From: Paraspadella gotoi | Taxonomy: Eukaryota; Animalia; Chaetognatha | Assembly (NCBI GenBank): GCA_051294375.1 | Contig: CM119267.1 | Location: 17,399,843-17,463,842 of the forward strand | Reading direction: 5' to 3' | DNA length: 64,000 bases | In this document: one piece after another, positions 1 to 12,800 of the stretch | How the letters are laid out: each line of letters begins with the position of its first letter | Numbering within the stretch: position 1 is the first letter of the stretch | Notes under the pieces: model-generated | What the model saw: only the letters and a program-made list of their open reading frames with translations | What the model was told of the DNA's origin: nothing | Databases searched by the model: none | Translations under genes and position numbers: made by a program

Positions 1-349
1 ATAAACTTCTCTGCTATTTTTAATATAAAATTATTATTATCAATAATTAATTTTTCTTTCTCTTCTCTTGCCATCTTTTTCTCTCTTTCTATATCTATCT
101 TTGTATCTACTCTTGATTTCTACTCTTAAGATCCATTGGCATAACCTATGAAACATACGTATCAAACTCCATCTATATAATCTATCTCTATCTATCAATG
201 ATTTATATATTTTAATCAATTATCCTTTTTCGGTCTCGACCATCTGGTCTTCCATCGCAGTGACGTGGAGGGGGGTCTTCGTTATCTCGAACTTTGTTAT
301 AACGAAAAGATTGGTAATTTAAGCTGGATTTTGATAATGCCCGAGAGAG

Positions 350-351
<2 letters not shown>

Positions 352-438
<87 letters not shown>
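352..438. repeat. (GA)n microsatellite (one of many; others e.g. 19744-19832, 21900-22035, 24990-25083, 26857-26930, 33353-33410, 45109-45157, 49787-49890, 52012-52097)
   Basis: Directly visible. Confidence 0.97.
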
Positions 439-440
<2 letters not shown>

Positions 441-3400
441 CTCTGTCAAGACATTGGTAATACTTGCAAAAGATATAGACCATATTCAATAAGGAAAAAC
501 TATAAATGGTACTAACATTCAAGAGAGATATTTTATAAGACAAACTTTTTTAATCGTGATGATTTATCATTTACTGATCAGAATCTGACATTTCTTTTAC
601 GCTTTCCTCTTTCCGCGTCTGGATTCCTTTGAATTTTCGCGCGTCGCGTGTGAGGTTAAACGCGACTCGCGGCCTAAACACAAATCCAGTTTCAAACCGC
701 AGAAAAAAAGTTAAAAATAAAAAGTAAGAATTTGAGGTCGGAAAGAGTCCTGGGTTTTTTAAGGGAAGATGGTAAGCTGATGAATCACTGGACGTTAGGA
801 AGCATCACGGATACGAGAAAATTTTGGTTTCTTGCTTTTCTCTATCTATATCCTCCCTTTTTCGAAACAACCTAAGTTGTCCTAAGCTTGCCTAATCTAA
901 TCAATGAATTTGACGTTCGATGAAAGGCTACTGACCATGACCATTTTTTGTTTTTTTAAATCCGAATATATCCGCCACAATACAATTGAGACGTTCGGCT
1001 CGTTTCTTAATTGGAATTTATGACATACTTGGTGCAATGTAAACTGCACCGCCTCCCCTGCCGCGCAGTCCATTACGCTGGAAATCTCTCTCGTGCGCGC
1101 AGGCGATTTGGCGATAGGCGCCCGGCGCCCAACGAATCAATTAGGCGCCTGATAAAAAGAACGTCCAAATGCGTTTTTCGATTTGAATCGATATCTTTGG
1201 CGTTGCTGGAATCTGGTTAGAGGCACTTCCCTACTTTTTTCAATGTTTTCCGATTTTCCTTTTGTTTTGTTTTTTAATTTCTTATCTTAATCGATTCTTT
1301 TTTCTTTCTTTGTTCTTTTCCACGCTTTTCGCGTTTCTGTTCGCTGTTTTGTTATTTAATCTTTTTTTCTTGGTTCTCATTGACTTTATCGCTCAATTTT
1401 TTCTATGCCGGTTCTTATTTTGTCCTCCCAAGTATCTATTGTTTTTTTTATATTTCAGTATTCCGATTTAATTCTTCGATTTAACATAACTCGTATTCGA
1501 GCTTTTTCGGCGTCATCCCTCTTTTCCACCTCCGTTTCAAGGTTATTTCTCTCTTCTTATAGCGAGAACACAAGAGTTTTATATAAAATTTTTTTCGTAG
1601 CAAATTTGGTACTGAACGATAGGGAATCTGTTTCGAGCGCTTATGCAAAAAATGCAGCAAAATCGGTCCAGGCTTCAAAAGTTATCGCCCAAAACGTCAT
1701 ACCCAAAATCCGCTTCTCGCGGTAAATCAAGTTCGCCCTATGTTAAGGATTTCGATTTTGGTTCCATAAGGGAATTTGTACTACGAGCACGGTACGAGAA
1801 GAATGCTCGATTCCGGGCCCAAGGATTCGAGCTTAGAAAATCGAGCTAGGAAAAATCGAATTCAACGAATCGGGGAAAAAAGTCATGAATATTTGTAAAA
1901 ATAAATATATATATAAATAAATATAAAATGTAAAAATAAAAGAGAGAGAAAAAAGTTACCACAAAGAATTTGCCGAATAGGACAAAGGTGAGAGCTGAAG
2001 GACAGGATTAGTTTTAGGCCAGATGGAGTGATGGATATTGAAAGAAATTTGGTGTGTGAGAGAGAGAGAGAGAGCGAGAGAGCATTGAATCTGGTAGGAA
2101 TATTTTATGAAAATTTGGCAAATTACTTGTTTCACTATTTCTATTTTTATATTTTATGAAGGATTTAGTATTATCTTATTATTTATCAAATATATAATTG
2201 CTTTCTTTCTTTAAAAATGTTTTATTTATCTAATATTCAATTGGGAAGGGGAAGTCAGTGTTGTCTTCTGGAAATAGAGGGAGCATCTAATTTAGTACTG
2301 TCTTAGTTCTAGCCTCAGCTGGAATTTATCTATCTCCAAAACGCAAGTTGATAACGTAATTGTTGATGTAATCGTTCAATTGACTGATAAAAACCTTTAA
2401 AACAAATTAATTATCATTTCAAAATGAATTAATTCCTCACAGCATTTCTTCTTTCAATACTTAGTAAGCGTCTTCAGGGGAGTGTAAAAAATATCTTAAA
2501 TATCTTCCGTTAAACGGGCGATACTGGCGTTCATTTTGACAGTAAACTGAGCTTTTCTAAAAATGGTTGGCACGAACTAACAATGATCAGTATTTACATA
2601 ACGACGACCAAGTATTGCACGCGTAACGACCTCTCTTTACACTCCCCCCTTACGTAACACGGACACTCAACAACAGAAGGTCGTATGCACGTTAGTCTTC
2701 ACCTGTGGGCAGTAGTCTTTTCATGCTGCACGCATATGCGAGTTTTTTAAACCCTCGCAGAGTCACGCTCCCGTTTGAAGACGCGGCTGTTGAGGCTCCT
2801 TGCACCGCGCTTTGGCTCCGTCTGGCCAAAACTGTCCTGCATCTTGCCGTCCCCCCCGTCACATCCCAAGATGGCGCCACATTCCTGTCGGCATCTCCTG
2901 CCTTGACAATGTGTACGCCCGCACGGTTTCCTTAGCGTGTTGTCATGACAACGCTGATTCGAAGTCGTCTTTCTTGACACTGAAGTAGCCGCCGCGGGTC
3001 GTCTCTTGACGTACACCTCGAACGGCGGCTCTGCATAACCGCGGCGAAGTCCTCCTTGTTGACGCCGTTTAGCCGGCACCAAAGTCTTCAATAAACCGAT
3101 GTCGCTTCTAGCCGCCGCCGGCGTCGCCCCCTTGACGATGCCTCGTACGTGGCTTCTGCATTCGTCTTGTCGCGTCTTCTCTTTATCCGGATCAGGGAGT
3201 GCGACTTCGTGATGTGGGCTAGATACGTGGTGCATTGATTTGGCTGCTGAAACCGAATCGCTGTTTAAAGTTTCCTTCTCAGATTCCTCCCCCTCTTGTT
3301 TTAGCAAGATTAATCAAGTTTGTTTAGTAATTAAACAGTGGGAACAGGAATGATCAAACTTACAAATTAATATGTACATTTTGTTCAGTTTGTAAGTCGT

Positions 3401-5308
3401 AATTCCGATCCCCGATCATTATATCTACAGCATCATAAATTTTTTATCTGTTTGCTAGGCACTATTCCTTTCACCCATTCCTCGGCTCAAATCTCGAATT
3501 TTAATTTCTCATAAAGTGTTGTTTCCGCGTCGTTTTGAGTCGTTATTTCGTAAAAATAAGTTTTGTGTATTAAATGTATTTAATTTTTGACTTTTCTACT
3601 TCAACTAACTAACTTGCTCAATCAGCTTCAGTTTTCACGTCTTTTCAGACCTGGTTTATGCCTCATTCATTTCTTTAGCTAACTTCAAGTTTTTTAAATT
3701 TTGGTGTTAATTTTACAAGTGGTTATACTGCTGGGCACCAAAAGAGATAAATCTAATTATAATTGCATCTGTCTTTCATTGCTTCTCTTATTTTAAAAGG
3801 TTCAAGCTGGTCCACTAACTTAAATAAAATTTTTGATTTGTTTTGACAACACATTGTCGTCTCTCGATTCGTAGAAGACCATTTCTTTTCCCTCATAGTC
3901 CTCTCAACTCATTGCTGCTTAGCACATCCAAGCTCTTGAATGTTTTCGTAATTTTTAAATTATTCCAGAGTTTTCGTTTCACTCCAGAATATTTTTGGTC
4001 ATCTTTCTCCTGTTGAATGTGAGTCCCCAAACTTCAGCTGCTCCAAGCAGTAGTTAAAGGAGTCTACTCTCGTCACAAGGACGTTTGGCTTTCTACTTCC
4101 ACTTAGAGGCATCGTAAACTGAATTTCAATTGAATATTCGATTTCGAATGTGAGACAAGCTAAGCCTCATTCTATGAAAAAATTAACAATAATAATTTTC
4201 CTTTCATTTCCTATCCTTTTATTTAAGACTATCTTGTAGCCCAGCAATGTCTTCGTCAAATTTTTAAATTTTCTCTTTTCGCTTACATTTTTAACAATTA
4301 GAGGACAATAAAACTGTATTCCGTGATGAAATTGTGATGAATGAAGTTGAATCCAAACGTATGCCATGGAATGTATCTTATACATTTCCGTCTTATTGGA
4401 TTTTCTAATTCATAGAAGATTTTTTAGACCTTAGAAAGTGAAAGCAATTGGTGAGGCCCCGAGCTTCATTTTCATGACTTGAAATTCAAACCAATGGGTT
4501 TGGTGCATCATCAGACTGAGTATGTACAAAGCTCAAACCAAAACTTGAAAGTTAAGCTCAAAGGGAAGAATTGAAAACTTCACTTCTATGGCAACAATGG
4601 CAGTGCATTAATGGCGCAATGGATTAAAGCTCAAACGCGCAATGTTCCTTATCACAGGGGATGGATGGCAGATGGATCTCTCTCATCAGTTTCCTCTCTG
4701 ATGGCTTTTAGCCACTTCTACGGGCAGCTTCTCCCAGCAGCATTTGTTGTCAGCAGTTCCCCAAAGTTTTTCCGCACCTCCCAGCTTTTCCGAACTTTTT
4801 TTCTGCATTCGCATTTTACAGCACCTGTTTTTCTCAACTGCTTAGCAGTTCCTCGACTTCTTCTCCCGACTTCTTTAGCAGCTTCTTCAGAAGCAATTCT
4901 CAGCAGAAACTTCCACAGCAGCAGCCTTTTCCATCAGCACAAGGCACATTTTAAGTTAACCAATATATTGAATAGAATCGGTTTTCTGCTATGAAGAATT
5001 AAAGATTGTAGTTTGACCAAACTTTTCTTGACGTCAGAATTGAGCCAAATCGAGATAAAATTTTTGGGAAGATGGAGGGAGAGCGAGTTTAGGCAGAGAA
5101 AACGATACGAAAGAGAGATTCATTTTTCTTGTTGCAAAAAACCCAACAGCGTTTCGACGAACGGTTAATCAAAAATAGCCAATTTTAATCAATTGAATGT
5201 TATAACAAATTTACTGTAACGGAGAGGAAAAATCGATTTTCGTTTGAGAGAAGTAGGTGAAAAAATGAGAAATGACTTTGAAGCGTTTGATTTGTAAATA
5301 CCGAGAGA

Positions 5309-5348
<40 letters not shown>

Positions 5349-6199
5349 TCACGACGACCTACTAGGGCGAATGAAGGACATTGGATGAACTGAAAAGAGA
5401 TAAAAGTATTAGAATAAAACTTTTTATTACGTCGCATTAAAAAATATAAATCAGAGGAAACGAAACGAGATGAAATTTTAATTTTAAAAAGTATTCGCTC
5501 ATCATTAAATGTTTGAGAATTGAATTCAGAACTCGTTATGGCGACACGGCAGGTTTAGAACGATTTAGGTAAGCAGAACCTCATTTTAAATTGAGTGCGA
5601 GATAAGGAATAATAAAGGATCTTGCTAAAGAAAGTGAAATTACTTTTGAATGAAGATATTAAATCAAATTGAAAAATTTTTTATTAGGGTAGCCTAAAAA
5701 TTTAATTTTAACCAGATTTTTTTCTGCCCAGTCGTAATATTCAAAGTTACAACTTCACTGGACAAAGCCGCTTTGCCAATTTCATATTGGTGTGAGATTG
5801 AGCCGTGGGAAGGGGAAAGAGAGAGAGAGAGAGAGAGAGCTCTCAGTTGAGTTTTATAAGTAGATCCCGATGGTAAAAAAATTGCGAGGAAGGAAACTTT
5901 GATTCATAAATTAATAAGAAGCATCCCTTGCAGCAGAAGTTGGGCATTTGGCAATGAGCAGCCATCTTACCGTTTCCATGTGCCCACGCCCAGGCTTATT
6001 AAAACATAAAACTGGAAGTGATTTCAACTAATCAGAAACTAGATATAAGTTTTTAAATGAAATAATGAGTGATCGTTTTATATTATTGAAACAACTATTA
6101 GAGATACGCATTATATAACACTAATATTAATGAATCAGGTCCTCTCTTGATTGCTATTTTAAAATCTTTATCTTGTTATTATCTTTTAAGAGGGATAGA

Positions 6200-6303
6200 A
6201 TCCTTAACCTTAATCCTTAATCCTTAATCCTTAACCTTAATCCTTAATCCTTAATCCTTAATCCTTAACCTTAATCCTTAATCCTTAATCCTTAATCCTT
6301 AAC
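6200..6303. repeat. (CCTTAAT/CCTTAA)n tandem repeat
   Basis: Directly visible 6-7 bp unit array. Confidence 0.92.
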
Positions 6304-6699
6304 CTGCCATGAGCCATTAGCCAGTCCATAGTCAGGGGCAATATAGCTTATTTAGTATTTATTAAATGATTGTATATTTTTATATTGGTTGTACCAATTT
6401 TATACATAACATTTTAGAAGTTAAAAGCATTTTACGTTTTGATAAAAAAAACAACTAAAATACAAAAACGAAACTTTCTCTTTCGATAAAAATAAACGTG
6501 ACGAAAAAAGGAGAAATGCACGTTGGTCTCAGTTGGTAAAAAACTCGTAGAAGTTGGCTTTTAGGGTCCTCATTAAAATATATATCACAGCGATCGAAGA
6601 ATCACGTGTGTGATCGTGATTCGAAAAGGAAGAAACGACGACGACGACGACGACGACGAACGACTCACTTCAATGTCGTTGACGCGATGTCGCATGATT

Positions 6700-7978
6700 G
6701 ATGCAGATGATGTGATGATGATGATGATGCTATGTTTGAATGATGCATTCGACGTTTCGGGATTCACTCAAAAAGTCCTTCTGCCTCGATAGAACTAAGG
6801 CCTGTGAGTTGGAAGAAAGAATGGACCGACGACGACGACGACGACGACGACGACCGTGAGCACTGAAGACCGATATCTGGACGTATTACGGACAAACAAC
6901 GACGACCTATGAATGATGAAGTTGAAGATGAACACGGACGATCATGATGATTTGGGTCATAAAGGAGACGAAGATGATGAAAGATGGATGAAAGATGATG
7001 ACGATGACGTAGAGAGGGCTCGGTTTCAAACCAATTATACTTACTGCCAAAATACGGTTATCTGCGACGTATTCAACCGTAGGCTTGACACAAGTTGATT
7101 TAAAAGGTTATACGCAAAGTTGATTACCGCAAGGTTTCATAACGACCAAAGTTATACCGACAAAAAGTGTAAGACAAAGTCTTGATTAACGACAAAAAGG
7201 TTTGAATTAACGACAAAAAGGACGGAAGAAATTAGGGTTTCGCTATAAATAGGTCATAAAACCCTAATTAAAATATTTTTTGCAAATTTCGCGCCGGACG
7301 CGCATTGTAAATTTTTTTATTCTTTTAAGTATATTAGGATTCGTTAATAATTTTGCAGTTAAATTTGTTTACCGCGATTAAAAAAAAATGAAAAAATTCA
7401 TACGGATTTTTATGTAAATACAACTCTTTGCTCTCTTGAAGAAAACTTTCTGATTAGAAAATAAAAAGATTAGAAGGAAGCGTTATGCTCGGCGTCAGAA
7501 AGAAGAAAAAAGGAACTAATAAAAATTAGGACATGTGGAGAGAGAGGACGAGAGATGGAGAGAGACGAAGAGACGAGAAGAAGAAGAGAGGAGAGAGTAG
7601 AGCGAGATAGAGAGGAAAGAAAACCGGTTAACCATGAAAAAATTTATTTGAAAAAGGACTAGAGATGAGACCAGGACCAAAAAAAAAATTAACCAGCAGT
7701 TATAATTGGGCTAAAAAAACGGTAATCTTTAGAGTGAAAAGGGAAGAAAAAAAAAACACGAAAGATTGTAAGATAAGCAAAGAAAACAATAGAAACAAAA
7801 TCAATAAAAACTTTCCTAACTTTTTTTTTCGTACAATCAAATTCTATTTCTTTTTTTTTCACCGATGAGGCGACAAAGTCTCCTCTTAGCCTTTTGTTTT
7901 CCTGGGATCGCCTTATCGTGTATTCAAAATTTCAAAGGCGTATACGGACATGAAAATGGGGCGTTTGTGTGGCGGGAA

Positions 7979-8014
<36 letters not shown>

Positions 8015-11000
8015 GACGAGAGAGAGAGAGAGAGGAGAGATAGAGAGAGAGAAGAGAGGAGAGAGAGAGAGAGAATCACCGAAAAAAACGACACGCGAAT
8101 CAGAGAAATGAGGAACTTTGTCGAAAAGCTCACAAATAACCTACGATGTTACATCGCTAAAATTTTTAAATGTTTATTTAGTCCCACTTATTGACTCTGA
8201 TATCTAGTTTCTGTTAAAAACTTATATCAGATTGCATGCATCTAATTTACATAACTCAGCTAAACTTTTATAATTGGACTATTGGTTGTACAACTTTATA
8301 TTTTTACATTATTATATATATATCAGGAAATACTGTTTATACAGGTTACTGGTAAGCTATCACTTTTAACCACCACCCCTCCTACACTTAAGCAGGTCTA
8401 ACTAACCTATCTTTCAATGTTGCGGCCATTAACGATTTACCTCAATGTCAAATCCGTAAATAGATCAATAAGGTAAAGATCAAATGTAAATCAGTAAACC
8501 GGCGACGTCCCATAATTGTAATATTTTAATTGTATTCATCTCGAGAATATTAACATCGGCAAGAACTACACACCAAAATCCTTCAACGTGGAGAGAGGGT
8601 TGGGCGAGAAAAAAATCAGGTGGAACAAGTGAGAGCAAGAACTTCTGCCGAAAAACGAAAGGATACAGTTTTTCCGCCAGATTTTTTTTCTAAAATATGG
8701 AAAATAGACAGTCTGTTCAGAAAACAATTTGCGACTACAATGTAATAACTCTCATTCGTTCACGATTTTTCGTACGAATTAAAAAAAAAAAATATTAACA
8801 ATGCCGACAAAAAATTTCATTTGCTCGCGAATTTTTAACACGAAACGGATATTAAAAACAATGTGAAAGACCATCATAATCCCTATCACTTGTATATCAT
8901 AATAACCAACCAAAATTATTCTCAAAATGGGTAGAAATAACGAATATTTGTCAACAAAGTTTTCCTTTTAGAGAAATAAAAGAACCTTGTTTTTTTTTAA
9001 TAATAATATGTTGTAAGCGGGTTGAGACTCGTATGTTTTGAATGTTTTTGTCTAAAATTTTTGTTTTTTTTGGCAAAACCATTCGCCGCGTATAAACGTT
9101 TCGTTTCACAACGAAAAAAAGTTGTGATATCCTCAAGAAGTTTTTATTAGGAACTCGAAAAAATCGAGAAATCATTAATAAACGACCATTAAACGTATAG
9201 CCGAAACATAAAACAAAAAGAAACTGAGAAAAAAAAACTGACCCTGGTTGTTTTTCTTATGCAACAAATTAAGATACAAATATTTCATTACTATAATGGC
9301 GTAAAAGAATCTTTGTTCCTTGAGTATTAATTCCGAAGCTAGAGTTTTCTTAAAACAATAAGCAAAATCTCTTTAACATTGCTCAATGCGAAGCACCAAC
9401 GTTAAAAATAATAATTTTCATGTAAACCAAAAAAAAAAGCTGAAAAAAAAAATAATGCAAAAAAAAAAAAAAAAAGGGGATTGAAGCTAACAATCGGCGA
9501 CCGACCAAGAAAGCCACGCCGCCCCTCCGCTACGCGTGCCGCCCAAATTGAGTTCGGGCGGCGTCATGGCTCTGATCGGACGCCGGTCGAACAGCGACGC
9601 CGACGGAAGATTCGACGACGTGGACGACGAACGACGGCGTCGCGGAAAGAAGACGACGACGACGCCGCCAACGACGAGGCCAGAAATTCCTCGATTTGGC
9701 GTCGTCGTCATCGTCCGCGAGAAAACGCGACCCCTTCGGTCTTGACGAAGAAAATTCGTCCGGATTTCCGGCGCCCGTTTCTCGCCACGCCACCCCTTTC
9801 CTTCCTCCAACCCGGCGCCGCCAGGGATCGTCGCTATAAACCGGGATATCTGCCGTCGACGCCTCGCCGACGCCGAAGAGCAGCGGGGAGGCGTCGCGGG
9901 AAAGTTTCGGACGGCGATGGAAATCCCGCGGCATGTTCGCGTCTCGTCCAAAGTCGGAAAAGATCGAAGCCGGATCGAGTCGTTTGACCGGTCGTCGAAA
10001 TCGTCTTCTGTCGTCGTCGACGATGACGCGGTTAACGCCACACCGGCGACACTTTTGGCCGACGGACCACTCCGCACCTTTTTTCAGCTTCCGACGCCGG
10101 CTGCCCTCCGTCGGGCCTTGCCACATCTCCCCTCTCCTCCGTCTCTTCCTCTTCCTCCTCCCCTCTCCCGGCCCCATTCGTCGATCGCATCTTCCTCAGC
10201 ATTCCCTCCGGCACCTGGAACCCGTCGTCCAGATCCTCGGGTCGCGTGTGGCGGCGGTGGCGTACTCGGCCGACGCCGCCAACTCTTTCACGTCCTCGCG
10301 TCAGCAGGCCAAATACGCCTTGCCGCCGGTGCGGGGAAAACCGCGTTCGAACAGCCCACTGCTTGTCCGCCTGATCCCCGGAGTATTTGGAAAGACCGTG
10401 AGTGAAAGGGGCGAAGGTCACAGTGATTTGTCGTGACTCGTCGGCAAAAAGTAGTCGCGCATGAAAGCTCGAATAAGTATATTAAACAAACAAACACCTT
10501 TTGGGAAAATTCAATTATCTCAACCTCTGGATCATGTTTAGAGTACAGACGTCTCTCGTATTGCCGAGTCCCAGCGCCCGGTTAGCTTTGGCGGCCCAAT
10601 GACCGAAGCGAGATTCGGTCGTCAAGCGGCGAGGATCCCAGCCGCGCCCGCGACGCCGCGCCGCAGCAGCGCGCTCTTCCGGCGCTGAAAGGAACGCCGC
10701 TTTCGGCAAACGAGAGCCGCAGGGGCCGGCGACGCCTCGTTTGAAGGAAGAGTTCTTCGGAACAGAGTCGGAAGGCGGCGTTGGCGCGACGAGCCTTGGA
10801 GGAACGCGGACGACGTCCGGCGTTCCTTGCAGCGCCGAAGCGCGAATAACGCCGGCGTCCCTTTTGAGAACGCGCATCCGTCGGCGGGCGAGGAAGGCGG
10901 CGTCGTGACGGTAACATCTTTCTTCGACTCTTCCAAGATTTCCCTTGGGGATGGAAGGTTTGGAGTTAGGACCACAAAAAGACAGTTCCCGTTAAAGCAT

Positions 11001-12316
11001 GAACAATAAGACATTCGGGCATTTGTTTTTGTTTATGTTGTTTATTTCAATGAACGACTGATCATAATAATTAAATAACATGAGGCGACCTTGACCGAAC
11101 ATTTTTACGATATATACGAGATAAAAAAGGTTCCCCTTGACCAATTCTGAGAAATTCAATTTACGACCACAACACAAACAAACCCCGTTACCTGGCAAAC
11201 CGCCGACACGTGCGCCTCCGTCACCCCCTTCGCGGCTCTCCAATCCTCCCTGCCGCGTCTCTCTCGCGTTCTCCCCGGATATTCTCCACGCTGAGGCCGA
11301 AGTAGGCCGTCGACCGACTTTGGCGACGACGGCTCCGATTCCTCTGATCCGACGCTTGAGGCAGCGACGCAGGACGCCGAGACTCTCCGCCGCCGCCGGA
11401 GCGACGACGCCGGCGCGCGCGCGAGCCAGCGCCGCCGTTTGGGACCGAAAAGGAAGAGCGAGTGGGAGATTTTGCGCCACGGGAAAGTTGTCCAGATTGT
11501 GAATCTCTCTCTTNNNNNNNNNNNNNNNNNNNNNNNNNGATGATGATTATGATGATGATGATGATGATGATGTCGACGTTTCGGGGATTCACTCAAAAAG
11601 TCCTTCTGCTCGATGAACAAGGCCTGTGAGTTGGAGAAAGAATGGACGACGACGACGACGACGACGACGACGACCGTGAGCACTGAAGACGATATCGACG
11701 ATTACGACAACAACGACGACCATGAATGAGGAAGTTGAAGATGAACACGACGATCAGGATGATTTGGGTCATAAAGGAGACGAAGATGATGAAGATGATG
11801 AAGATGATGACGATGACGTAGAGAGTGGTCGGTTTTCAAACCAATTATACTACTGCCATATACGGTTTGCATACGTGCGACGGTATATCTTGGCCATGAC
11901 CTCCAGTAAGGTTTGATTAACGACAAAAAGGTTTGATTAACGACAAAACGACAAATAAGTCTTGATTAACGACAAAAAGGTTTGAATTAACGACAAAAAG
12001 GGTACGGAAAGAAATTAGGGTTTCGCTAAAAAATTAGGGTCGCTAATAAACCCTAATTAAAATTTTTTGCAAATTTCGCGCCCGGGACGGCGATTGTAAA
12101 TTTTTTTATTCTTTTAATATATTAGGATTGTTAATAATTTTTCTTAGTTAAATTTGTTTAACCGCCGATTAAAAAAAAATTGAAAAATCAACGGATTTTA
12201 TGTAAATACAACTCTTTGCTCTCTGAAGATAACTTTTGTAGAAAAATAAAAGATTAGAAGGAAGCGTATGCTCGGGTCAGAAGAAGAAAAAAAAGGAACT
12301 AATAAAATTAGACATG

Positions 12317-12361
<45 letters not shown>

Positions 12362-12761
12362 AGAGAGAGAGAGCGAAAGAAAACGTAAACATGAAAAATT
12401 TATTTGAAAAAGGATAGAATGGAGACAGGACCAAAAAAAAATTAACCAGCAGTTAATTGGGCTAAAAAAAGGTATCTTTAGATGAAAAGGAAAGAAAAAA
12501 AAACGAAAGAATGTAAGATAAGAAAGAAACAAATAGAAACAAAATCAATAAAAACTTTCTCACTTTTTTGTCGTACAATCAAATTCTATTCTTTTTTTTT
12601 TCACCGATTGAGGCGACAAAGTCTCCTCTTAGCCTTTTGTTTTCCTGGATCGCCTTATCGATGAACTATATTCAAAATTTCAAAGCGTATTCGGGAACAT
12701 TGAAAAATGGGGCGTTGTTGTGGCGGGAAAATAGATTAGATAGAGAGAGAGAGAAGATGAG

Positions 12762-12800
<39 letters not shown>

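Noticed and set aside
319-543. ORFs with poly-SL / poly-ER / poly-FLS tracts here and throughout the window
   Set aside because: They are translations of (GA)n, (CT)n and (GAAA)n microsatellites, not proteins.
4605-4640. tRNA A-box-like TGGCGCAATGGAT
   Set aside because: There is no B box or cloverleaf downstream.
11912-12000. CRISPR-like repeats (ttgattaacgacaaaaagg)
   Set aside because: Eukaryotic context, no unique spacers and no cas genes. It is a simple short tandem repeat.
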